Below are positions 1-8,649 of a DNA stretch of 64,000 nt, one piece after another. The notes under the pieces are model-generated. The model was not told the DNA's origin, searched no databases, and saw nothing but the letters and a program-made list of their open reading frames with translations. Within the stretch, counting starts at the first letter, position 1; each line of letters starts with the position of its first letter. This DNA is from an uncultured Gammaproteobacteria bacterium. Lineage in GTDB: Bacteria > Patescibacteriota > Microgenomatia > Daviesbacterales > UBA10151. Made by a program: the position numbers and the translations under genes. The stretch covers positions 27,686-91,685 of the forward strand of contig CAYMIA010000002.1 in NCBI GenBank assembly GCA_964390595.1, given 5' to 3'.

Positions 1-106
1 AACTTTGAGCTGTATCATTGATCTCGCTTTTTAGAGTTTGCACATTCTCTTGAATCTCACTTTTTAAAACCTGAACCACTTCCTGCAAGTCATCTTTAGT
101 GATCAT
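1..106 (-). CDS. Partial ORF: only the N-terminal ~35 codons, gene continues beyond window start
   Basis: Reverse strand reads ATG (104-106) then MITKDDLQEVVQVLKSEIQENVQTLKSEINDTAQS with no stop before the window edge. Too short to classify. Confidence 0.25.
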   Translation of the reverse strand, partial: MITKDDLQEVVQVLKSEIQENVQTLKSEINDTAQS

Positions 107-195
107 GAGGCTATTTTAGCAGCTTAAAGCTTGACAAGCAATGTACAATTGTTCGACAGTATATTAAGTATTTCAACTTATTATATAGGTAGTAT

Positions 196-2265
196 ATGAA
201 TAATTTAGTTATAGTCGAATCACCAACCAAAGCCCGGACTTTAGCCAAGTTTCTGGGTAAAGATTACACCATTGAGGCTTCAATGGGGCATATTAGAGAT
301 CTGCCAAAATCAGATCTCGGGATTGATGTGGAGAAAAACTTCGAGCCTGCGTATATTATTCCTAGAGATAAAAGAAAAAAGGTTAATGAGTTAAAAAAGA
401 TCGCCCAAAGCGCCAATCAACTCTGGTTGGCTACAGATCCTGACCGTGAGGGAGAAGCGATCGCCTGGCACATTAAAGAATTGCTCGGTAATTCTAGCAA
501 AGGTCCCAAAACCAGCGACCAAAGACCAATTCAAAGAGTCGTTTTTCATGAAATTACCGAGGATGCCATCAAAGAAGCTTTTGCGCATCCCAGGGCCTTA
601 GATCTGCAGCTAGTTGATGCTCAACAAGCCAGAAGGGTACTAGATCGGTTGGTAGGCTATAAGCTCTCGCCTCTTTTATGGAAAAAAGTCAAGCGCGGAC
701 TGTCCGCTGGCCGAGTCCAGTCAGTAGCGCTCCGGCTGATCGTGGAGCGGGACCGCGAAATCGATGCATTTAAACCAATTGAATACTGGTCAATTGAAGC
801 TGAACTAGAGACCAAAGACCAAAGACCAAAGACCAATTTCTTTGCTCAACTAATTCAATATCAGGGTAAAAAACTCGAGATTAAAAATGAAAAAGAAGCC
901 AATGATCATCTAGCTAAGCTCAAAGCAGCTGATTATCAAATCGACACCATCACCAAAAAACAGGTTAAGCGTTCTCCTGCCCCACCTTTTACTACCTCAA
1001 CTTTGCAACAAGCAGCAGGCAATAAACTGGGCCTCTCAGCCAAAAAAACCATGAGCTTAGCTCAATTTTTATATGAGCATGGCCTAATCACCTACATGCG
1101 TACCGACTCATTTAACCTCTCACCAGTGGCACTCGCTCAAACCAGAGATTACATAGCCAAAAAAATTGGTAAAGAGTATCTGCCCTCTGCTGCCCGGGTT
1201 TTTAAAACCAAATCCAAAGTCGCCCAGGAAGCTCATGAAGCGATCCGCCCCACTAATATGAGTACCACCACCGAAGAGCTAAAGAAAAATGAAGGTTTAA
1301 CTAGAGATCACCTCAGACTTTATGATTTAATCTGGAAGCGGATGCTTGCCTCCCAAATGGCCGAGGCCTTGCTTGATCAAACGACTGTTGATGTGGCGGC
1401 AACCAGTCACGAGTTACCAGTCACGAGTTACACACTTAGAGCGACGGGCTCAGTTATTAAATTCGATGGTTGGCTCAGAGTTTATGGTGTAGCCCAGCTT
1501 GAAGAGGAGGAAAAGGACAAAGAGGAAGGTACCAAAAAACAGGTCCTACCTGAATTGAATGAAAAAGAACCACTCAACCTACTTGGCATTCATGGTGACC
1601 AGCACTTTACTGAACCACCACCCCGTTTTAATGAAGCCTCGTTGATTAAAAAACTTGAGGAGTTGGGGATAGGCCGTCCTTCAACTTATGCACCAATTCT
1701 GTCAACCATTCAAGACCGGTTTTATGTGGAGAAAAAAGAGCGCAAGTTTTTCACTACCCCTCTGGGAATGGCTGTCACTGATTTTTTACTCAAAAACTTT
1801 CCAGAAATTGTTGATTATAAATTTACCGCCAAAATGGAAGATGATCTAGATGAGATTGCCACTGGTGGCAAAGCTTGGCAGCCACTAATCAAAGAGTTTT
1901 ACACTCCTTTTGAAAAAAAGATTGAGCAAACTGAGCAAACTGGCGAGCGGGTTAAAATAGCCACAGAAACAATCGATAAAAATTGCCCCAGGTGTGGCAA
2001 ACAATTAATTGTCAGGTTTGGCCGCTTTGGTAAGTTCCTAGCCTGTTCGGGCTTTCCAGAGTGTAAACACACCGAAGCCTATGATCAAATTACTGATGTT
2101 AAATGCCCAGATGATGGGGGAGAGTTGGTAGTTAGAAGAACTAAAAAAGGCCGGCCTTTCTACGGCTGTAAAAACTGGCCCACCTGCAAATTTGCCTCCT
2201 GGACCAAACCCAAACCAGATAAAGAATCAAAACCTCCTGAAGAAACTCCAGCAGCTGCAACTTAA
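196..2265 (+). CDS. topA: DNA topoisomerase I
   Basis: N-terminal Toprim: VIVESPTKARTLAKFLGKDY...SMGHIRDLP. Catalytic core present. C-terminal Zn-ribbon repeats (CPRCGKQL..., CSGFPEC, CPDDGGEL, CKNWPTC). Confidence 0.95.
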   Translation: MNNLVIVESPTKARTLAKFLGKDYTIEASMGHIRDLPKSDLGIDVEKNFEPAYIIPRDKRKKVNELKKIAQSANQLWLATDPDREGEAIAWHIKELLGNSSKGPKTSDQRPIQRVVFHEITEDAIKEAFAHPRALDLQLVDAQQARRVLDRLVGYKLSPLLWKKVKRGLSAGRVQSVALRLIVERDREIDAFKPIEYWSIEAELETKDQRPKTNFFAQLIQYQGKKLEIKNEKEANDHLAKLKAADYQIDTITKKQVKRSPAPPFTTSTLQQAAGNKLGLSAKKTMSLAQFLYEHGLITYMRTDSFNLSPVALAQTRDYIAKKIGKEYLPSAARVFKTKSKVAQEAHEAIRPTNMSTTTEELKKNEGLTRDHLRLYDLIWKRMLASQMAEALLDQTTVDVAATSHELPVTSYTLRATGSVIKFDGWLRVYGVAQLEEEEKDKEEGTKKQVLPELNEKEPLNLLGIHGDQHFTEPPPRFNEASLIKKLEELGIGRPSTYAPILSTIQDRFYVEKKERKFFTTPLGMAVTDFLLKNFPEIVDYKFTAKMEDDLDEIATGGKAWQPLIKEFYTPFEKKIEQTEQTGERVKIATETIDKNCPRCGKQLIVRFGRFGKFLACSGFPECKHTEAYDQITDVKCPDDGGELVVRRTKKGRPFYGCKNWPTCKFASWTKPKPDKESKPPEETPAAAT

Positions 2266-2278
2266 GCAGATTTAATCT

Positions 2279-2338
2279 TGGCAGCTAAGTTATAAAAATG
2301 TTTCACCTCAGAGTCTAATGCAATTAGCATATAGTAAA
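2279..2338. repeat. Copy 1 of a ~60-bp direct repeat. It is an orphan duplicate of the 5' end (first ~17 codons plus 9 nt upstream) of the gene at 3126-3890.
   Basis: Aligned by eye to 3839-3898: 56 of 60 positions identical. Copy 1 reverse strand would encode MLIALDSEVKHFYNLAA followed by QD-stop. Confidence 0.8.
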
Positions 2339-2353
2339 CGTCTAATTATCAAC

Positions 2354-2376
2354 ATCCCACACCCGGTGTGGGATAT
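2354..2376. repeat. Perfect palindrome ATCCCACACCCGGTGTGGGATAT (REP-like hairpin), left flank of RAYT-1
   Basis: Self-complementary 21-23 nt. An identical copy lies at 3051-3075 immediately after the RAYT-1 stop. Confidence 0.85.
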
Positions 2377-2406
2377 ACATATTGCTTAGTATGCTATAAT
2401 CCCGCC

Positions 2407-3051
2407 ATGCCTTATAGGATTATTCCAGCGGTTACTGGAAATTATTATCATATTTACAATCGCGGAGTTAATAAACAACCAATTTATGAAGATTTCGGTG
2501 ATTACCAACGTCATCTGGAGGTTCTACTTTATTATCAGTTTGCTGGTCCTAAACCAAAATTTTCCAATCGAAATCGTTTTAAAATAGCCAGTAATCAAGC
2601 AGAAAAAACTGTCGAGATAGTATGCTATTGTCTAATGCCTAATCACTTTCATCTACTCCTTAAACAGCTAAAAGACGGAGGAATTGAGGAGTTTATTACT
2701 AAAGTGGGTGACAGCTATGCTAAATACTATAACATTAAACACCAGAGAACTGGTCCGCTTTTTTCTAGTCATTATAAAGCTGTTCAAATTGAGACTGATG
2801 AACAGTTATTGCATCTTTCCAGGTATATCCACTTAAATCCTTTTGTCTCTAAATTAGTAAATAACCCAGAAGATTATCCATTTTCTTCATACCCAGAGTT
2901 TATTAATCTAAGCAATAGAAATACTGTAACGAATGAAATTATTCTAAACTTCTTTAAAGGAAATGATAGATATAAGCAATTCGTTGATGATCATAAAGAT
3001 TTTGCCAAAGATTTACATCAAATCGAGCATTTAATACTTGAGGAAAACTAA
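2407..3051 (+). CDS. IS200/IS605-family (REP-associated, RAYT-like) HUH tyrosine transposase
   Basis: YHIYNRG...KQPIY...CYCLMPNHFHLLLKQ (HUH motif HFH), KYYNIK...YKA...YIHLNP. The ATG at 2407 is preferred. The ORF-track GTG at 2368 lies inside the palindrome. Confidence 0.8.
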   Translation: MPYRIIPAVTGNYYHIYNRGVNKQPIYEDFGDYQRHLEVLLYYQFAGPKPKFSNRNRFKIASNQAEKTVEIVCYCLMPNHFHLLLKQLKDGGIEEFITKVGDSYAKYYNIKHQRTGPLFSSHYKAVQIETDEQLLHLSRYIHLNPFVSKLVNNPEDYPFSSYPEFINLSNRNTVTNEIILNFFKGNDRYKQFVDDHKDFAKDLHQIEHLILEEN

Positions 3052-3075
3052 TATCCCACACCCGGTGTGGGATAT
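3051..3075. repeat. Perfect palindrome ATATCCCACACCCGGTGTGGGATAT, right flank of RAYT-1
   Basis: Identical to the copy at 2354-2376. Confidence 0.85.
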
Positions 3076-3125
3076 TAAAAAAAAGATTTTATTTCATACT
3101 ATTTTATTACCAGGAAATAAAAGTA

Positions 3126-3890
3126 TTAAGCAGATTTGAGTTTAGCAGCAGCTTGAGCTTCTTCAATATATTTATCCAATAAATCAACTGGTTGACCTAG
3201 TTTTGAAAGTAAATCTGGCAAACAATCCTTTTCTCCTTTGGTGAGTCTATCACTTGCAAAGTATTGGGCCACATCAAAATTACCTATTGATAAACCAGAT
3301 GGAGGAGAAGGAAGTTTTCTATAGCTGTAAACGTGAGTAACAAAAGCTACCTTCGCATCACCCCGAGCTTTTCTGCTAGCTACCTCATTTGCCTTCACGC
3401 TCCAATCCTCGTATTCTCGAACATATCTAGGTTGCAAATAAGGAGGGGTATAATAGCCTTCATGCCAAAAATTACCATAAGGTGAATGGCTGGCAACTGC
3501 TGGAGTGACTAAACTCCACATGGCTCTAGCTGGATTAAAACTGACAAATGGAGGAGTGATTAACCCCATCGTTAAAGTATCATCTCTTCTCTGTTCTATT
3601 CTCCATGTATCTGGATCTACTAATAAAAACAGCTGATCTTGCCGTTGTTCCATCGCCTCAAGGAAACCCTGCCATTCCTGGGTAAACTTACTCACGTCGT
3701 TAAACCCTAGCAAAGTTCCCTTAGTGGCTAAACAAAAATCAACTAAAGTATCTCCAGTAGTTTCTCCAGCTTTGATTTTGGCCTGAATCTCTTTCAGCTT
3801 GGAGTTTGCATCAGGATCTAATTTACCATCTTCAGTTCTGGCAGCCAAGTTATAAAAATGTCTCACCTCAGAGTCTAAAGCAATTGGCAT
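3126..3890 (-). CDS. Hypothetical protein (254 aa), no recognisable domain
   Basis: Long ORF between RAYT-1 and a divergent gene. Its 5' end is duplicated at 2279-2338. Confidence 0.6.
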   Translation of the reverse strand: MPIALDSEVRHFYNLAARTEDGKLDPDANSKLKEIQAKIKAGETTGDTLVDFCLATKGTLLGFNDVSKFTQEWQGFLEAMEQRQDQLFLLVDPDTWRIEQRRDDTLTMGLITPPFVSFNPARAMWSLVTPAVASHSPYGNFWHEGYYTPPYLQPRYVREYEDWSVKANEVASRKARGDAKVAFVTHVYSYRKLPSPPSGLSIGNFDVAQYFASDRLTKGEKDCLPDLLSKLGQPVDLLDKYIEEAQAAAKLKSA

Positions 3891-3898
3891 ATAGTAAA
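3839..3898. repeat. Copy 2 of the ~60-bp direct repeat; this is the native 5' end of gene 3126-3890
   Basis: See 2279-2338. Confidence 0.8.
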
Positions 3899-3954
3899 TT
3901 CGAATATAGCCTTCTTGAATCTGCTTGTCAATATCAAATATAATCTGGATTTGT

Positions 3955-4377
3955 ATGGAAATTCAAAGAGAAGATTATCCTGAGTATGCTAAAAAAGAGC
4001 TTGAAGGAGGTCCCCTACTTAGAGTTGACGATGTTGGGCCGTATGTAGCAGCTCTAATTGAGAGGCAAGAAGAGGTTTTTAGAAAACTTAGATCTAAGCC
4101 TAAGATAGATACATTTCAAGCATACCAAAAAACCAGGCCCAAAGATCAAACTACATCCTCCAGATCTGCACATTGGTCAGTTGTTGCCATGGCTATTTCA
4201 GTTAGTTTTTTATTGGGCCTAACAATCTGCCGGAGCGTTGATTCATACCAAAGTTCTCAAATTGAAGCTACCAAAACTGTCAGTACACCCACCCCTAAAT
4301 CAATTCTAGATGCCTTTTGGTCAATTGTCCCTACTCCTGAATTACCTTATCCTCCCAAATTCCCCAAAGCTCCCTAA
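3955..4377 (+). CDS. Hypothetical protein with one predicted TM helix (AMAISVSFLLGLTI)
   Basis: The ORF-track start is TTG at 3925. The first ATG is 3955 (MEIQRED...). No domain recognised. Confidence 0.4.
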   Translation: MEIQREDYPEYAKKELEGGPLLRVDDVGPYVAALIERQEEVFRKLRSKPKIDTFQAYQKTRPKDQTTSSRSAHWSVVAMAISVSFLLGLTICRSVDSYQSSQIEATKTVSTPTPKSILDAFWSIVPTPELPYPPKFPKAP

Positions 4378-4470
4378 ATCAACCATTGACAACTACTTAA
4401 AAATTCTGTAATTATATTAGGGGCTCCAAAAAAGTTTAATTCTTCTTAAAGAAAGATCCTCCAAATTCTT

Positions 4471-4836
4471 ATGAGTGTTGCTGCCGAATTTAATGTTAAT
4501 ACTGAAATAGGTTATCAAGTTCAACCAGACCGAGGTGAACGACCGGATTTGGCTGATTCCAGGCAGGCCATGAGAGAATTAATGAAGCATGTCAGGGGTT
4601 TAGATGTGATGGGAGTTTGGGCAGAAGCTTGGCTAAACATCACTCCGATGAGATTACCAGAAGCAATGGGAGATGCCCCCTCGATGCGTGACTTGCTTAA
4701 AGAAACGCTTGATCATCAAGATGTTATTAATCTCTCTAACCTAGTTCAAAATAGCGTTCAAACAGGCAGCTCAAAAGATGGTGCAATTGAACCACATCAT
4801 ATCTACGCAGTTTTAGTTGATCGAATTAGACGTTGA
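4471..4836 (+). CDS. Hypothetical protein (121 aa)
   Basis: ORF only. Sits upstream of the nucleotide operon. Confidence 0.45.
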   Translation: MSVAAEFNVNTEIGYQVQPDRGERPDLADSRQAMRELMKHVRGLDVMGVWAEAWLNITPMRLPEAMGDAPSMRDLLKETLDHQDVINLSNLVQNSVQTGSSKDGAIEPHHIYAVLVDRIRR

Positions 4837-4913
4837 ATCCACCAAGCCGAATCCGATTGACCCCTTGAAAAGTTTTTTCAATTTAGGTATTAATGGTAAA
4901 ATAAAGCTATCAT

Positions 4914-5660
4914 ATGCAATATCCTATTAAAGTCTCTACATATAAAGATTCCCAAGGTAACAGACATAAAAAAATCTTAAATCTTCAGTCATCAAAAAAG
5001 ACTATTAAAGGTCTTTGGAAGAGAAAAATTATAGACCGCAGTCAGATTAAGAATTTACACAGAAGGTTAAAAGCGAGTGATGAAGTAGTAGTTTTTACTC
5101 CAGGAGCTTTTGATATGATACATGTTGGTCACGCCAGATTTTTAGCCTTGGCTAAATCTTTGGGTACTATATTGGTAGTGGGTATTAACTCCGATAATTC
5201 TATTAAGGCATACAAGGGGGATGATAGGCCGATACTAAATCAGGACAGCAGAGCAGAGATGTTAGCCCATCTGGCAGCTGTTGATTACGTTGTAATCTTT
5301 GATGATACTATGACAGGAAGTGAAGTTGCAGAGGGTCTAAAAGATCGGGCCAAGAAACTGGCAGAACTCGCCGTCAAGGATAAATTCAAAGGTGAATTTT
5401 TTTCGACGGGGGTAATTAGAGATTTAAAACCTGATAGGCTTCTTTGTATAGAAGAGAGTTGGCAAGGCAGGCTTCATGAAAGGCCAGAGGTGAAGGCTGT
5501 ATTGGAATATGGAGGAGAAGTTTATTGCTCCCCAAAACAAGATCCAATCCTTTCAACTAGCAAGATTGTGACTAAACTTATGGAAGATGGGAAAAGGAAT
5601 CTAATCAAAGAGATGAGCACTATATTAAATCAGGAGGATTCCTTAAAAGGTTCTCTTTAA
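4914..5660 (+). CDS. HxGH-motif nucleotidyltransferase (cytidylyl/adenylyltransferase fold, RfaE domain II-like) with N- and C-terminal extensions
   Basis: VVVFTPGAFDMIHVGHARFLALAKSLG..LVVGINSDNSIKAYKG.DRPILNQDSRAEMLAHLAAVDYVVIFDD closely follows the ADP-heptose synthase domain-II / cytidylyltransferase consensus. Confidence 0.65.
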   Translation: MQYPIKVSTYKDSQGNRHKKILNLQSSKKTIKGLWKRKIIDRSQIKNLHRRLKASDEVVVFTPGAFDMIHVGHARFLALAKSLGTILVVGINSDNSIKAYKGDDRPILNQDSRAEMLAHLAAVDYVVIFDDTMTGSEVAEGLKDRAKKLAELAVKDKFKGEFFSTGVIRDLKPDRLLCIEESWQGRLHERPEVKAVLEYGGEVYCSPKQDPILSTSKIVTKLMEDGKRNLIKEMSTILNQEDSLKGSL

Positions 5661-5692
5661 AAATTAAAAATCTGTGTTATTATGGCGTAACG

Positions 5693-6379
5693 ATGGCAGT
5701 AGAGCAGCAAAGCCAACCACTAGATGTATCATGTATCGATTTAGACGCACTCAGAGAGCAAAGGGAAAGGCTAGGATATGTTATTGTCAGCACTGCCCGT
5801 CCTTTAACCGACGCTAGACGAGCGATTTTAGGAACCATCGTTCCAGATCATTTAGTTAGACTAGAAGCTCCATCCAAAAAATTCTCTCTAGATATTCCTG
5901 TTGTTACTGATGATTTTTCTAGACAGCTAATCGCTGCAGCTAGAGATGAAGCTAAACTCTCCTTTTGTATGTGGAGACAAGTCGGTTGTGTTTTAGCAGA
6001 TCCAGAAACTCAGCAGATTGTAGAAAGAACTCATAACGGTCCGGTTGGGAATAAACGATTTTGCAGAGACTTAGGAGTGAGTTACCGGGAACTAGAACCA
6101 CTTTTGGGAAAAAACGAGAGATTGGAAGCGTGTCATGCTAGACATGCTGAAAATGCTATGGCTGCTCGAATTATTGAGAAACAAATTGATCCTAAAGGCT
6201 ATTTCATTGGAGTTGATGTTGACCCGTGTGATCACTGCGCCAATTTTCTAGCTGGAGTTCATCCTGAAGCTGTCCTTGTTGACTTTAACCCCAGTAGAGA
6301 ATACTACAACGCATTAGGACTGAGAATTTTACAAGATGCTGGAATTCCAACCCTTTTTGTCAGGATGCCAGGAGAATGA
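5693..6379 (+). CDS. CDA-fold zinc deaminase, dCMP deaminase (ComEB)-like, with ~85-aa N-terminal extension
   Basis: CHARHAENAMAA (H-A-E zinc/catalytic motif) and PCDHCANFLAG (PCxxC). Confidence 0.65.
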   Translation: MAVEQQSQPLDVSCIDLDALREQRERLGYVIVSTARPLTDARRAILGTIVPDHLVRLEAPSKKFSLDIPVVTDDFSRQLIAAARDEAKLSFCMWRQVGCVLADPETQQIVERTHNGPVGNKRFCRDLGVSYRELEPLLGKNERLEACHARHAENAMAARIIEKQIDPKGYFIGVDVDPCDHCANFLAGVHPEAVLVDFNPSREYYNALGLRILQDAGIPTLFVRMPGE

Positions 6380-6960
6380 AAAGAGAACTATTAATAGGAG
6401 TAGAACCTTCAAGAACACCATTGACCGATGATTATGTGGATGACGACCAGGGGTTGAAAGCCCGGACTGAAGGATTATATGATGGTATAGCCAAAAAGGC
6501 TCGAGAGTCAGGCCAATGTGTTTTTTGTAATTTAAAAGAAGAATTTGTGATTGCTCACTACCACGGTTGGACAGCCTTTACTAACTTCCACCCCAGATCA
6601 CGAGCAAATCTTTTATTCGCACCGGATAGACACTTAACATCAATGACCAAATTTACTAATAAAGATGCCATAGCTAGACAAAGGTTAGAACAGCTAATGT
6701 ATAGTCTGCTAGGGGAATGTTTTGGACTAACTGCAGTGCATTTTCTACTGAGAGAAGGAAGTGAGGATAAAACAGTTGATCATACGCATAGTCATGCCAT
6801 GCATTATTATCATGGAATTATGAAGTGGTATAATGAAGCCGAAATGAAAGATCGAGTTTTTAGAACGCCTGAACAAGTGGGTCAACCATTACTTCCCAGA
6901 GTGATAGTAGCAAGAACTATGCAACAAGCACTAGCCAAAGCGATGGAGATTAATCAATAA
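6376..6960 (+). CDS. HIT (histidine triad) family nucleotide hydrolase/transferase
   Basis: CVFCNL...VIAHYHGWTAFTNFHP...LLFAPDRHL and the triad VDHTHSHAMHY (HxHxHxx). Start overlaps the upstream stop (ATGA). Confidence 0.55.
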   Translation: MKRELLIGVEPSRTPLTDDYVDDDQGLKARTEGLYDGIAKKARESGQCVFCNLKEEFVIAHYHGWTAFTNFHPRSRANLLFAPDRHLTSMTKFTNKDAIARQRLEQLMYSLLGECFGLTAVHFLLREGSEDKTVDHTHSHAMHYYHGIMKWYNEAEMKDRVFRTPEQVGQPLLPRVIVARTMQQALAKAMEINQ

Positions 6961-8069
6961 TGGCAACTGAACTCATAACTCCAGAAATGTCAACCAACGA
7001 GGTTGAAGAAAGAGCTCCTAGAGACTCAGCAGAACTGCACGCTGCTGACATTCAGACAGGCTTAGATTTAGATGCCATCTCTCGTCTTAAACCTCATCCA
7101 GAGTATCAATATCTCGGCTTAATGAGTCACATTATGCGAGAAGGCAAAGATCGAGCCATGCATGTACCCAGGGATCAAGGGATCCGTTGTACACTTGGAG
7201 GATCACATACTTATAATTTACAAGAAGATGGCTTTCCGGTTCTGACTACCAAAGATGTTTTTTGGAGAGGTGTTACTCACGAGCTACGTTGGTTTTTAGA
7301 TGGAGGTACCAATATTAAGTATCTAGTTGACAATAATATTCATATTTGGGATGGAGATGCTTTTAGAAGGTATGATAGAGCGGCAAAAAGTGGAAAAGCT
7401 CCTCTACTTGACATTAATGATTACATAGCAAGGATTAAGGAAGATGACGATTTTGCAGAGAAGTGGGGTGGTATTGGCCAGGTTTATGGAGCTCAGTGGC
7501 GTCGATGGCCAACTCCAGATGGCAGACAGATTGATCAAATTCAACAATTAATTGATCAATTACGCAGTCCAGTTAACAAATATCGTAAAAGTTTACTGGT
7601 CTCAGCTTGGAATCCCAGCTTTTTACCAGGCAATGCCCAAAATGAGGAAGACGAAATGGCACTACCTGCTTGTCATGTTCAGTTTCAAGCCGATGTTGAC
7701 GAAGAGGATCGATTGAGCTTGATAATGTTTCAAAGAAGCGCTGATGTCTTTTTGGGAGTTCCTTTTAATATCGCCAGTTACGCTCTTTTGACCCATTTAT
7801 TAGCTAAAGTGAGTGGTCTAAAAGCATATCAGTTTATCCATCAGTTTGGAAATAGTCATGTCTATTATAAGCATTTCGAGGCAGTTAGGGAGCAATTAAC
7901 AAGAGAGCCATATCAATTTCCCCAGTTGGAATTACCAAATATTGAAAAGATTGATGATTTTAAACCAGGAGATGCTAAATTAGTCGGCTATACACACCAC
8001 CCTCGACTTAAGGCGGAAATGATCGCAGTTGGGGGTATAATCGATGATCCTGTTGAGCTCCAAAAATGA
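6960..8069 (+). CDS. thyA: Thymidylate synthase (ThyA-type), divergent: ~60-aa N-terminal extension and ~35-aa internal insertion
   Basis: NLQEDGFPVLTTK, THELRWFL.GGTNI, QWRRWPTPDGRQIDQI, LLVSAWNP, catalytic MALPACH, QRSADVFLGVPFNIASYALLTHLLA. The pyrimidine-specificity Asn in PFNIAS is retained. The usual DRTGTGT loop is replaced by PRDQGIRCT. Confidence 0.8.
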   Translation: MATELITPEMSTNEVEERAPRDSAELHAADIQTGLDLDAISRLKPHPEYQYLGLMSHIMREGKDRAMHVPRDQGIRCTLGGSHTYNLQEDGFPVLTTKDVFWRGVTHELRWFLDGGTNIKYLVDNNIHIWDGDAFRRYDRAAKSGKAPLLDINDYIARIKEDDDFAEKWGGIGQVYGAQWRRWPTPDGRQIDQIQQLIDQLRSPVNKYRKSLLVSAWNPSFLPGNAQNEEDEMALPACHVQFQADVDEEDRLSLIMFQRSADVFLGVPFNIASYALLTHLLAKVSGLKAYQFIHQFGNSHVYYKHFEAVREQLTREPYQFPQLELPNIEKIDDFKPGDAKLVGYTHHPRLKAEMIAVGGIIDDPVELQK

Positions 8070-8117
8070 AACTCTTTTCTAGAGTTTCCTTCCCGCTGGA
8101 AGAGGAAAATAAAATTT

Positions 8118-8648
8118 ATGCCAGAAAATAGACCTGAGATATCAATTGTTGTGGCGATGGATGAAAAAAGAGGTATTGGTAAAGATGGGAAGATACCCTG
8201 GCCAAGAATACCAGAGGATTTGCAAAGACTCAAAAATTTAACTCTTGGACATGTCACTATTGTCGGAAGGACATCTTATGAGTCAATGCTTGGGTACTAC
8301 GAAGCCAGTGGTAGAGATACTATGTCTAGAAGAACTCATGTAGTTGTGTCTAGAAATCCAGATTATCAAGTTGATCCAGGATATGGTTTTGCTGCTTCCT
8401 CGATTGAGGAAGCTTTAGAAAAAGCTAAGCAAGAAGAGGTCTTTGTTATTGGTGGAGCACAAATTTATGCCCAAACCTTAGTTCATGCTACTAGGCTTTT
8501 GTTAACTATGGTTGAGGGAAATTATAAATGCGATACTTTTTTCCCAGATTATTCTGTCTTTGATCAAGTTGTTTCCGAAACTCCAAGAGAGTCAAATGGT
8601 TTGAGATATAAATTTTTAGAATTAGCCAGGTCTACTAGAAATTCTTAA
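8118..8648 (+). CDS. folA: Dihydrofolate reductase
   Basis: ISIVVAMDEKRGIGKDGKIPW...TIVGRTSYES...VFVIGGAQIY...KCDTFFPDY matches the DHFR core motifs. Confidence 0.85.
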   Translation: MPENRPEISIVVAMDEKRGIGKDGKIPWPRIPEDLQRLKNLTLGHVTIVGRTSYESMLGYYEASGRDTMSRRTHVVVSRNPDYQVDPGYGFAASSIEEALEKAKQEEVFVIGGAQIYAQTLVHATRLLLTMVEGNYKCDTFFPDYSVFDQVVSETPRESNGLRYKFLELARSTRNS

Positions 8649-8649
8649 T

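Larger units (their letters stand above)
2354..3075 (+). mobile_element. Minimal RAYT/IS200-like unit: palindrome, Y1-transposase gene, identical palindrome
   Basis: HUH Y1 transposase-like ORF flanked by two identical palindromes: 30 nt upstream of its ATG and 0-2 nt after its stop. Confidence 0.6.

Noticed and set aside
2368-2406. ORF-track GTG start of RAYT-1 at 2368 (MGYTYCLV...).
   Set aside because: The GTG sits inside the flanking palindrome. The conserved N-terminal RAYT motif (PYRIIPAV..YHIYNRG) begins at the ATG at 2407, which matches the paralogue's N-terminus.
3051-3075. Palindrome after RAYT-1 read as a rho-independent terminator.
   Set aside because: The hairpin is followed by an A-run on the plus strand. 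On the minus strand the T-run precedes the stem. It is not a canonical terminator for either flanking gene, and it is identical to the upstream copy, so it is better explained as a RAYT/REP hairpin.
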